Origin: Gemmatimonadales bacterium
GTDB taxonomy: Bacteria; Gemmatimonadota; Gemmatimonadetes; Gemmatimonadales; GWC2-71-9
Reading direction: 5' to 3'
Assembly (NCBI GenBank): GCA_037189525.1
Contig: JBBCJC010000002.1
Coordinates: forward strand, 1,120,001-1,184,000
Length of the DNA stretch: 64,000 bases
Shown here: positions 21,512 through 30,042 of the stretch, piece by piece
Numbering within the stretch: position 1 is the first letter of the stretch
How the letters are laid out: every line of letters begins with the position of its first letter
Program-made: the position numbers and the translations under genes
Notes under the pieces: generated by a model
Seen by the model: only the letters and a program-made list of their open reading frames with translations
Databases searched by the model: none
Told to the model about the DNA's origin: nothing

Positions 21512-23590
21512 ATGTCCCGCGCCCCCATCCGCCGTCCCCCGCCCACGCCAACCGTCGATCAGGTCGACACCCTGCACGGTGTCGAGGTGCCCGATCCCTA
21601 TCGATGGCTCGAGGACGCCGATTCGCCGGAAACCGCCGCGTGGGTTGCCGCCCAGAATCAGGTGACCTTCGAGTATCTCCGGGCGCTTCCCCTGCGAGAA
21701 CACCTCGAAAAGCGGCTGACGGCGCTGTACGACTATGAGCGCTATTCCATCCCGTATCATCGGGGCGGTCGATACTTCTATACCCGAAACACCGGCCTCC
21801 AGAATCAGGCGGTGTTGTACGTGCAGGATTCCCTTGCTGCGGATGGACGGGAGCTGCTCGATCCCAACCGCCTCTCGGCCGATGGCACGGTGGCGTTGTC
21901 ACTGGTCGAGCCAAGCCCGGATGGCCGATTGCTCCTGTACGGCACGTCGGCCAGCGGCTCCGATTGGCAGGAGTTTCGAATTCGTCAGGTCGATGACGGC
22001 ATTGACCGTATCGATCACTTACGATGGATCAAGTTTTCGCGAGGTAGTTGGACACGGGATGGGCAAGGGTTCTTCTACTCGCGATACCCCGAGCCTGATC
22101 CCAACGACGCGTCGAGCGCGCAGAATCGGGATATGAAGGTGTATTACCACCGGCTCGGCTCCGAGCAGCGGGAGGATCAGCTGGTCTACGAACGGCCGGA
22201 TCAGCCCGACTGGGGTTTTGCTGCGGAGGTAACGCACGACGGTCGCTACCTGGTACTCACCGTCTGGCTCGGTACGGATTCGCGGACCCGAGTCTATTAC
22301 CAGGATCTGAGCGATCCGCTGGCCCCGACCATCACGGGTCCCATGGTCAAGTTGCTCGATCAATTCGATGCGGCATACGGTTTTATCGGGAACGTCGGGC
22401 CGATCTTCTATTTCCGAACGGATCGCGGTGCCGCGCGCGGTCGAGTCATTGCCGTCGACACTCGAGCGCCCGCTCCCGAGGCCTGGCGTGAGGTCGTTCC
22501 GGAGGCGGAGCAGCCGCTCGACGGCGTCTCTCTCGTTGGCGGCCGATTGGTGACGTCGTACCTGGTGGATGCCAAGTCGCGGCTCGCCGTCGTCGACCTG
22601 GAGGGTAGCGCGGTGTCCGAGATCCACTTGCCGGGCATCGGGACGGCCGGCGGGATTTCAGGCGAGCCGGACCGGCACGAGATGTTCTTTGCCTTTACGT
22701 CGTTTCTGGTGCCGACGTCGGTGTACCGCTACGATCTGCAGTCAGGAGCGCTTGCTCCCTTCCGGTCTCCGCGGCTCACCTTCGATCCGGCCGCATTCGT
22801 GACGGAACAGGTCTTTGTCAACAGCCGCGACGGTACGCAGGTACCGGTCTTCGTGACCCATCGTAAAGGACTGATCCGGGACGGGTCGCATCCGACGCTG
22901 CTGTATGCTTACGGTGGGTTCAACGCGAATCTCACTCCGTTTTTCGACCCCGCGACGATTGCCTGGCTCGAGCAAGGCGGGATCTACGCCCAGGCCAATC
23001 TGCGCGGCGGCGGTGAATACGGCGAAGATTGGCATCGCGCGGGGATGTTCGAGAAAAAGCAGAACGTCTTCGACGACTTCATTGCCGCCGCCGAGTATCT
23101 GATTCGAGAGGGTTACACGAGCGCGCGGCATCTGGCGATCGAAGGCGCTTCGAATGGCGGATTGCTGGTCGGCGCGGTGCTGGTGCAGCGCCCCGACCTC
23201 TTTGCGGTGGCGCTGCCCGACGTCGGCGTGATGGACATGCTGCGCTACCATCACTTTACCATCGGCTGGGCATGGGCCACCGAGTACGGCTCGGCCGATG
23301 ATGCAGCGCACTTTCCAGTGCTGCGCGCCTATTCGCCGTTGCACAACCTGAAGCCGGGCACCGACTATCCCGCCACGCTGGTCACCACCGCCGACCACGA
23401 CGACCGCGTGGTGCCGGGGCACTCCTTCAAGTTTGCCGCTGCGCTGCAAGCGGCGACGACGTGGGATCGGCCGGCCTATATCCGGGTCGAAACCAAAGCT
23501 GGCCATGGGGCGGGGAAGCCGGTCGCCAAGCAGGTCGAGGCGAGGGCGGACGTGCTGGCCTTTGCGTTGGCCAATACCAGCGGAAGCTGA
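21512..23590 (+). CDS. Prolyl oligopeptidase (S9A)
   Basis: DPYRWLED, beta-propeller region, GASNGG nucleophile, DHDDRV, AGHGAGKP. Confidence 0.96.
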   Translation: MSRAPIRRPPPTPTVDQVDTLHGVEVPDPYRWLEDADSPETAAWVAAQNQVTFEYLRALPLREHLEKRLTALYDYERYSIPYHRGGRYFYTRNTGLQNQAVLYVQDSLAADGRELLDPNRLSADGTVALSLVEPSPDGRLLLYGTSASGSDWQEFRIRQVDDGIDRIDHLRWIKFSRGSWTRDGQGFFYSRYPEPDPNDASSAQNRDMKVYYHRLGSEQREDQLVYERPDQPDWGFAAEVTHDGRYLVLTVWLGTDSRTRVYYQDLSDPLAPTITGPMVKLLDQFDAAYGFIGNVGPIFYFRTDRGAARGRVIAVDTRAPAPEAWREVVPEAEQPLDGVSLVGGRLVTSYLVDAKSRLAVVDLEGSAVSEIHLPGIGTAGGISGEPDRHEMFFAFTSFLVPTSVYRYDLQSGALAPFRSPRLTFDPAAFVTEQVFVNSRDGTQVPVFVTHRKGLIRDGSHPTLLYAYGGFNANLTPFFDPATIAWLEQGGIYAQANLRGGGEYGEDWHRAGMFEKKQNVFDDFIAAAEYLIREGYTSARHLAIEGASNGGLLVGAVLVQRPDLFAVALPDVGVMDMLRYHHFTIGWAWATEYGSADDAAHFPVLRAYSPLHNLKPGTDYPATLVTTADHDDRVVPGHSFKFAAALQAATTWDRPAYIRVETKAGHGAGKPVAKQVEARADVLAFALANTSGS

Positions 23591-23593
23591 CGC

Positions 23594-23884
23594 TCAGTCG
23601 TTCAGGTTGAGGGCGCGTCGCGTGGCCTCCACGGTAACGCCCTCGATGGTCACGGCTTTGCGTCGCCCCGAGGCGCCGGCTGTGATGGTCACGGCGCGGC
23701 GCGGGACGGCCAGCTGGGCCGCGAGGAACGCGACGATTTCCTCGTTGGCGGCGCCATCGACCGGTGGTGAAGCGATCCTGAGCTTGAGCGCATCGCCGTG
23801 GAGGCCGGCCACCTCGGTACGCGAAGCCCGCGGCTGCACGTGCAGGTCGATCCGGACGCCCCGCGGGGTCGGGTGGACCGGCAC
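23594..23884 (-). CDS. yggU: DUF167/YggU family protein
   Basis: VQPRASR, PPVDGAAN, GASGRRK; GTG overlaps the yggT stop. Confidence 0.88.
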   Translation of the reverse strand: MPVHPTPRGVRIDLHVQPRASRTEVAGLHGDALKLRIASPPVDGAANEEIVAFLAAQLAVPRRAVTITAGASGRRKAVTIEGVTVEATRRALNLND

Positions 23885-24477
23885 TACCCGCCCAGCAACT
23901 GGAAGAGGAGCGCGCGCAACAGTAACAGCGCCAGGTAGGCAACGATCGGGCTGGCGTCGATGATGCCGATCGGCGGCAGGCGCCGGCGAATCGGCCCGAG
24001 GATCCATTCGGTCAGCCGGTAAAACGGCCGCATCCACCGATGGGTCGAGCCGAGTCCGAACCAGGCGCCGATGAACCGGACGAACAGCGCGGCGATGACC
24101 AGCGTGATGGCCCAGTCGACCCCGACCCGGATGAGCATCAGCGGCGAGGCATCCCGGAGGGCCAGCAGCGAGTAGACCAGCTGGATCACGCCCCGAACCA
24201 CCCAGATCAGCGCCAGGCCGAGTATCACGGCAATGCCGACCAACCAGAGCGAGGCGTCCTGCGGATTGCCGCCGCGCCGGACCAGTTGCCGCTCGAGCGG
24301 GCGCAGCGCCGGATCGGAGAGGCTCCGCACCGTTTTGGACCACGCGCCGAGCGGGGCAATCCGGCGGGAACGAACGGCCCAATGCGTCGCCGCGACAACG
24401 GCGGCCAGGCCCACCGCGCTCAGCGCGACGGCTCGAACGGCGAGGTCGATCAGCCCGGCAACCGACGCAAGCGCCAT
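23884..24477 (-). CDS. yggT: YggT-family membrane protein
   Basis: Two YggT repeats (LSDPALRPL; LTEWILGPIRRRLPPIGIIDASPIVA). Confidence 0.88.
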   Translation of the reverse strand: MALASVAGLIDLAVRAVALSAVGLAAVVAATHWAVRSRRIAPLGAWSKTVRSLSDPALRPLERQLVRRGGNPQDASLWLVGIAVILGLALIWVVRGVIQLVYSLLALRDASPLMLIRVGVDWAITLVIAALFVRFIGAWFGLGSTHRWMRPFYRLTEWILGPIRRRLPPIGIIDASPIVAYLALLLLRALLFQLLGG

Positions 24478-24481
24478 CGGG

Positions 24482-24751
24482 TCACCCTCCGCAGCTGACC
24501 GAGCGGGGCACGACTCGGCCGCAGGCGATGATGTCATCCATTCCGCGCGCCATCGGTCCGCATGCGGCCGTCTGCGCCGTTTCGGCGGCGGCTTCCTTGG
24601 TCGGCCCCGACGCCTTGGCGCAACGGCTCCCGCCCCGGAAGTCGACGCAGACTTCGCAGGTGATCTGCTGGGGCTTGAAGCTCGTATACGCGAGGATGCC
24701 GATGAAGACCGCGACGATGATGGCAAAGACGGCCGAACGACTGAGGCGCAT
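24482..24751 (-). CDS. Small membrane-anchored protein with six Cys
   Basis: GGAG SD; one N-terminal TM helix; CEVC plus four further Cys; ends 4 nt before yggT. Confidence 0.75.
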   Translation of the reverse strand: MRLSRSAVFAIIVAVFIGILAYTSFKPQQITCEVCVDFRGGSRCAKASGPTKEAAAETAQTAACGPMARGMDDIIACGRVVPRSVSCGG

Positions 24752-24816
24752 GGAACCCAACTCCGCTCCGGGTGATGTTGCTTGGCAGTAGCCGGCGAAA
24801 TTAAGCTTGTCGGACG

Positions 24817-25182
24817 ATGCAGGGACTCGTCAGCCGACTGATTTTCGTAATGGCCCTCCTGGGGATGCTGTCGTCAACCGCCCCCCGGCCGGAGCCGCAC
24901 TGCGCCCCCCAGCCAGCGGCCGGGACCTCGCAGCACGATCATCACGGCCACTCGGCCAAAGATACCGACGGCGCCCGGGAATGTCCTCATTGCCCGCCGG
25001 TCGAATGCGGGCGGCATCTGCAGTGCAGCGTGTCCGCGGATCCTGCTTCGGGCGAGTTGGCGCCGCTCCCCGTGCCGGACGGAAACCTCGAAGCGCAGCG
25101 TCTGGCCGCCCAGGTGGCCCGCTCCCTTTCTCTGAAACCACCCACACCTCCACCCAACGCCTCCCGTCACACGAACGTCTAG
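24817..25182 (+). CDS. Putative metal-sensing leader ORF (DUF2946/CutF-like architecture)
   Basis: Signal-like N-terminus, HDHHGH, CPHC plus further Cys, C-terminal KPPTPPP; 32 nt upstream of an outer-membrane gene. Confidence 0.65.
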   Translation: MQGLVSRLIFVMALLGMLSSTAPRPEPHCAPQPAAGTSQHDHHGHSAKDTDGARECPHCPPVECGRHLQCSVSADPASGELAPLPVPDGNLEAQRLAAQVARSLSLKPPTPPPNASRHTNV

Positions 25183-25214
25183 TCGTTTCATCGTTCCATT
25201 GACGAGGAGTAGTC

Positions 25215-26009
25215 ATGATTGGGCAGGAATGGACTCGGCCGCTGGCCGTGGTCTTGGCGTTGGCAATCGGGGTCGCACCCCTTGCTGCGCAAATCGATTA
25301 TCGTAACCTGGACGTCGGTCGCCCGGTTCGGGTCACCGATGCCTATCCCGTCGAGCGTTTTGCGTTCGAGCTCTCGCTTCCCTATGCCGCCGGCCGTGGT
25401 GATGGTGCGGTGCGGCACACCGTGTCGCCCCATCTCGAGTATGGCATCCATCGGAACCTGATGGTCGGGGTCGGTGTCGAGGTCGACCTCCATCGCACCG
25501 GAGGCAGCGCGGGCCTGGCAGCCGCGGAGATCGGCGCCTTGTGGAACGTTCGGAGGGAAACTCCGTCGTTGCCGGCCATTGCCTTCAGTCTCGAGGCTGC
25601 GCAGCCCTTGCGAGACGGGCGATTTGGTCGCGATGTCGAAGTCACTCTGACCGGGCTGGCGACCCGGTCGATCGGCCGGTCACGCCTCCACCTGAACGGG
25701 GTGGTGGGCCTGCTCGTTCCGGAGGCTTCGCACCTGGGCACACCGTGGTGGGCCGGGGTGGCCTGGGATCGGACCCTGTTTCGCAGCAGCACGCTGGTCG
25801 TCGCGGAGGTCGTGGTCAATCGTGATGCCGGCGCGCTTCCGGTTACCTGGAGCGCCGGGGCCGGGGTTCGCCGCCAGTTGACCCCGACGGTTGTGGGCGC
25901 CATCGGTGTGGCCCAGGCGCTCGACGATTTTGATGCGGGAACCTCGCTCACGGTCTCCCTGAGTCATGCCTTTGGCGTTCGCAGCCTGATGCGACGAGGT
26001 GTCCGATGA
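25215..26009 (+). CDS. Putative outer-membrane beta-barrel channel (COG4313/MetA-like)
   Basis: Signal peptide LAA-Q; RPVRVTDAYPV N-terminal segment; amphipathic beta-strands; GAGGAG SD. Confidence 0.65.
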   Translation: MIGQEWTRPLAVVLALAIGVAPLAAQIDYRNLDVGRPVRVTDAYPVERFAFELSLPYAAGRGDGAVRHTVSPHLEYGIHRNLMVGVGVEVDLHRTGGSAGLAAAEIGALWNVRRETPSLPAIAFSLEAAQPLRDGRFGRDVEVTLTGLATRSIGRSRLHLNGVVGLLVPEASHLGTPWWAGVAWDRTLFRSSTLVVAEVVVNRDAGALPVTWSAGAGVRRQLTPTVVGAIGVAQALDDFDAGTSLTVSLSHAFGVRSLMRRGVR

Positions 26010-27016
26010 AAACCATCATGACGATGCTGCTCATGGCCTTGGCGCCGGGTCTACTGACGGCACAGGGCGGGCGTAACGAAGAGTTCTACTATCCGGGCGC
26101 CTTCAACTGGCAGTTCCTGCGCAACTATCCCGAGGCGGCCCGCCTCTTCAACGCGTTCGACTACGGGCACGCGATTCTGTATGAGCGGTTGCTGGCCGAC
26201 CCGGCGGGGTCCGTCGAGCAACTCGAAGACCGGGAGTTCCGCTATCTGGTCGGCGATCTGTTGCGGCGTCCGCCCCGCTTCTCGGTTGCGGAGGAAGCGA
26301 TCATGCCCCGCTACAGCCGGATGGCATGGCGTGCCAAGCTGATGTTCGAACGGGCCCACGTCCTGCACCGGCAGATCTACGATGTCTACGCCGACGAGCG
26401 CTTGCCGAGCGATCAGCAGACGACTCTGGTCGAAACACTGATCAATCGCTACCTCGCCGACCGGGACTATGCGTTTACCGATCGACCCAAGGCCATGGCG
26501 CTGATGGACGAGCAGTATTTCAGCAAGGTGTTCCGGGTCGGGTATCCCAAGTTCAACGGCTTGATCTGGGCCTATCACTGGCTCCAGGTCGGTCTCTACG
26601 AACCGTTGATCGCCGAGCAGGACGCGGCGGCCAAGCAGGCCGGAGTGAAGGAAACCGTGGCGCGGTTCTGGGCGATGGTGGATGGAGCGCCCGGTACCTT
26701 GCCCAGCGTCATGCCGATGGGATCAGCGGTTGCTCCGCACTTCAGCGAGCGCCACCCGCGAGCCGCGATCATCTTCGACAATCTGCACATGATGCACGAC
26801 ATCATTTCGGATGTCCTCGCGTCGCCCAAGGTTGCTGCTGCGGACAAGGCGAGGGTCATCGAGGAAGCGCTGGATGAATTCCAGAATCCGACCAGCAATG
26901 TGATCGACCTGGAGCACTGGCGGATGATGGCAGATCACATGGGTGGGGTCGACAAGATGGGAGGGGTTGCTGGGCGACCGGCTGCTGCCCCGCGACCCAG
27001 CCACCAGCATCACTGA
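26006..27016 (+). CDS. Secreted helical His/Met-rich hypothetical protein with four internal repeats
   Basis: ATGA overlap with the upstream gene; signal peptide LTA-Q; FDYGH, HVLH, YHWLQ, LHMMHD; C-terminal HQHH. Confidence 0.85.
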   Translation: MKTIMTMLLMALAPGLLTAQGGRNEEFYYPGAFNWQFLRNYPEAARLFNAFDYGHAILYERLLADPAGSVEQLEDREFRYLVGDLLRRPPRFSVAEEAIMPRYSRMAWRAKLMFERAHVLHRQIYDVYADERLPSDQQTTLVETLINRYLADRDYAFTDRPKAMALMDEQYFSKVFRVGYPKFNGLIWAYHWLQVGLYEPLIAEQDAAAKQAGVKETVARFWAMVDGAPGTLPSVMPMGSAVAPHFSERHPRAAIIFDNLHMMHDIISDVLASPKVAAADKARVIEEALDEFQNPTSNVIDLEHWRMMADHMGGVDKMGGVAGRPAAAPRPSHQHH

Positions 27017-27025
27017 TCCAGGCGC

Positions 27026-27070
27026 AAAAAACCGGCGGCTCCGGATCGTTCGGAGCCGCCGGTGTCTTTT
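27026..27070. terminator. Bidirectional intrinsic terminator
   Basis: Perfect 13-bp stem accggcggctccg/cggagccgccggt flanked by an A run and a T run, between convergent genes. Confidence 0.88.
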
Positions 27071-27081
27071 ACTGGAAGAGG

Positions 27082-27456
27082 TCAGTTGCCGGCGATGCCG
27101 GGGGTCGCCTCGGGCGCAATGCCATCGGTGATCGGAACGATGCCCGCCCGCCAGCCGCTGGCGAAGACGACCGTCAGGCGGTAACCCAGCGTGTCGACTT
27201 CGACGCTGCGGACCCCGGGCAGGGTGCGCGCATATTCGGCGGCTTTCGTCGTCTGGACCGCCCGCGCCTCGTGCGACTGACCCCCATCCCACTGGGCCAG
27301 CGCCCGGCCGATTGCCACGGCCCGCGCCTGTTCGGTGCCGTACCTGGCAAACTGCTCGGCCGGGATCAGGCCGGCCTGATCCGAGACTTTGGAGTCGAGA
27401 TCGTAGAGGCGGCAGCCTCCGGTCAGGGCCAGGATGGCCAGCAGGGTTCCACGCAT
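27082..27456 (-). CDS. Hypothetical lipoprotein
   Basis: MRGTLLAILALTGG-C lipobox-like N-terminus. Confidence 0.7.
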   Translation of the reverse strand: MRGTLLAILALTGGCRLYDLDSKVSDQAGLIPAEQFARYGTEQARAVAIGRALAQWDGGQSHEARAVQTTKAAEYARTLPGVRSVEVDTLGYRLTVVFASGWRAGIVPITDGIAPEATPGIAGN

Positions 27457-27581
27457 TGCTTCAGAGCCTTGCAAAGGGATCGAATTGACGTCGGGGATAT
27501 ATAGTGGAGGATGGGAGAAGAGGCTAGATTCCGGCGTACTCCGAGTGGGTCCATTTCGCCTCCAATTCCGAGCCATCGGCC

Positions 27582-29204
27582 ATGTCCAATACTATCCCGA
27601 CCCCGATCAACGAACCCGTGCTGTCCTATGCGCCGGGTACGCCGGAACGCGCTGCCATCAAGGCTGCCCTCAAGGAAATTGGCGGCCAGGTCGCCGACAT
27701 CCCGCTGATCATCGGCGGCAAGGAGATTCGCACCGGGACCACGGTGCCGATCGTGTCGCCGCACCGGCACGCGCACGTCCTTGGTAACGTCCACCAGGCC
27801 GGCCCCAAGGAAATTGCCCAGGCGGTGCAGGCCTCCGAGCGAGCCTATCGCGATTGGTCGACCTGGTCGCTCGAAGATCGCGCTGCCGTCTTCATCCGCG
27901 CTGCCGACCTGCTGGCCGGTCCCTGGCGCCAGGTGCTCAACGCCTCGACCATGCTCGGCCAGAGCAAGACGATTTTTCAGGCCGAGATCGATGCGGCTTG
28001 CGAACTGATCGATTTCTGGCGCTTCAATGTCGCCTTTGCGGCGGACATCAATGCCCAGCAGCCGCTCTCGGTGCCCGGGATGTGGAACCGGATGGAATAT
28101 CGGCCGCTCGAGGGATTCATCTACGCCATTTCGCCCTTCAACTTCACCGCGATCGGCGGCAATCTCGCCGGAGCCCCCGCATTGCTCGGCAATACAGTGG
28201 TCTGGAAGCCGGCGGCGACCGCCGCGTTGAGCGGGTACTACATCATGAAGTTGCTGGAGGCAGCCGGCCTGCCGCCCGGCGTGATCAACTTCGTGCCCGG
28301 TAACGCTGCCACGGTATCCGATCGCGTCCTGTCGGATCGCCGGTTGGCGGGTATCCACTTCACCGGCTCCACCGCCGTGTTCCAGTCGCTCTGGCGCACC
28401 GTGGGCGAGCGGATCGGTGAGTACGCCACCTATCCGCGCCTGGTGGGCGAAACCGGCGGGAAGGACTTCGTGCTGGCTCATCCGAGCGCCGACCCCGCCG
28501 CGCTCGCCGTGGGACTGGTGCGCGGCGCCTTCGAGTACCAGGGACAGAAGTGCAGCGCCGCCTCGCGTGCCTACATTCCGCAGAGTCTGTGGCCGGAAGT
28601 CCGCGACCGCGCCGTCGCGATGATCGCGGAACTCAAGATGGGCGACGTTGCCGACTTCCGGAATTTTCTGGGAGCGGTGATCGATGCCCGCTCCTTCGGT
28701 AAGCTCAAGGGCTACCTCGAACAGGCCAAGAAAGATCGCGGTGTCACCGTGCTGGCCGGTGGCGGCGCCGACGACAAGAAGGGCTACTTCGTCGAGCCGA
28801 CCCTGCTTCAGGTCAAGGACGCCCGCTATCGTACCATGTGCGAAGAGCTGTTCGGACCGGTTCTGACCGCCTACGTCTACAAAGACGAGGAGTGGAAGGA
28901 CACCTTGAAGCTGGTGGATTCGACCAGTCCCTACGCGTTGACCGGTGCCGTCTTTGCGAGAGACCGTTCGGCCATTGCCGATGCGCACAAGGCGTTGCGC
29001 CATGCCGCCGGCAATTTCTATATCAACGACAAGCCCACCGGCGCGGTGGTCGGGCAGCAGCCCTTCGGCGGCGCCCGGGCCAGCGGCACCAACGACAAGG
29101 CTGGTTCGTTCCTGAATCTGATCCGGTGGCTTTCGCCGCGGACCATCAAGGAAACGATGGTGCCGCCGACCGACTATCGCTATCCGTTCATGGCGGGCCA
29201 GTAA
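27582..29204 (+). CDS. pruA: L-glutamate gamma-semialdehyde (P5C) dehydrogenase
   Basis: NEPVLSY, PFNFTAI, FTGS, ETGGKDF, GQKCSA, EELFGP, NDKPTGAVVGQQPFGG. Confidence 0.96.
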   Translation: MSNTIPTPINEPVLSYAPGTPERAAIKAALKEIGGQVADIPLIIGGKEIRTGTTVPIVSPHRHAHVLGNVHQAGPKEIAQAVQASERAYRDWSTWSLEDRAAVFIRAADLLAGPWRQVLNASTMLGQSKTIFQAEIDAACELIDFWRFNVAFAADINAQQPLSVPGMWNRMEYRPLEGFIYAISPFNFTAIGGNLAGAPALLGNTVVWKPAATAALSGYYIMKLLEAAGLPPGVINFVPGNAATVSDRVLSDRRLAGIHFTGSTAVFQSLWRTVGERIGEYATYPRLVGETGGKDFVLAHPSADPAALAVGLVRGAFEYQGQKCSAASRAYIPQSLWPEVRDRAVAMIAELKMGDVADFRNFLGAVIDARSFGKLKGYLEQAKKDRGVTVLAGGGADDKKGYFVEPTLLQVKDARYRTMCEELFGPVLTAYVYKDEEWKDTLKLVDSTSPYALTGAVFARDRSAIADAHKALRHAAGNFYINDKPTGAVVGQQPFGGARASGTNDKAGSFLNLIRWLSPRTIKETMVPPTDYRYPFMAGQ

Positions 29205-29221
29205 CGCGCCTGCCGTCGACG

Positions 29222-30022
29222 ATGTTTCGCGCCCCGTTCCTGCTCTCCGTCGTGGTCGCCACGGCGGCGGCTGCGCTCTCTGCGCAGGAACGGGGCGCGA
29301 TGCATTATCAGGCCGAGCCGCTGAGCTGCGCGGCGTTCAAGGAGAGCGTCCGGACCGTGTTGCGCGGCGAATCCGGTACCGCGTCCGTGCGCAACGGGGC
29401 CGGGCGCGAGGGCGTCCTGCTCGTTACGGCTCGCGATTCGATCGGTGCGCTGGCCCTCGACGCCTGGTATGACTCGCTGATTGTCTGGCGGGAAACCGAA
29501 GCGGGGCGAGAGACGCCTGATCTGGACGGCTTCCTGGGCGGTCGGTACCGCGGTCTGCTGGCATCCGATGGCCGCTATGAAACCATCCGGATGCCGTTCG
29601 TGCCGAACGAGGTCGCCGACATTGCGGACCTGGCGCCCGTGCTCGAAGACTTCTTTCCCCGGTTGCCCGACCGGGAACTCGCCGTCGGAGCCCAATGGAC
29701 CGACTCGGGGTTCACCATTCGCCGCGATCGCGACCATCGGGCCGGCGGCGAAGCCCGGCATCGGTACGCCTGGACCACCACCAGCCGGTATGGCGATCGC
29801 TATCCCGCCGCGGACTCGCTCGAGGTGACCATCGATCAGGTGGTGCGCGAGGAAGGGCAGTTGCTCTGGTCGCCACGGTTCGGACCGCTGACCTGGTCGC
29901 GAACCATTGCCATCACCGCGCGGATTCCCGCAACGGGAGGCGTCAAACGCTCGCTGCGCTCGACGATCGAGCAGCGCATCGAAGTGGTCCGGCTGTTCGA
30001 TCCGCCCCCGTCCTGTCGCTGA
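29222..30022 (+). CDS. Secreted hypothetical protein
   Basis: Signal peptide ending LSA-Q; fills the gap between pruA and the nitrilase. Confidence 0.7.
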   Translation: MFRAPFLLSVVVATAAAALSAQERGAMHYQAEPLSCAAFKESVRTVLRGESGTASVRNGAGREGVLLVTARDSIGALALDAWYDSLIVWRETEAGRETPDLDGFLGGRYRGLLASDGRYETIRMPFVPNEVADIADLAPVLEDFFPRLPDRELAVGAQWTDSGFTIRRDRDHRAGGEARHRYAWTTTSRYGDRYPAADSLEVTIDQVVREEGQLLWSPRFGPLTWSRTIAITARIPATGGVKRSLRSTIEQRIEVVRLFDPPPSCR

Positions 30023-30042
30023 TCTCGAACCAAGGTTTCATC

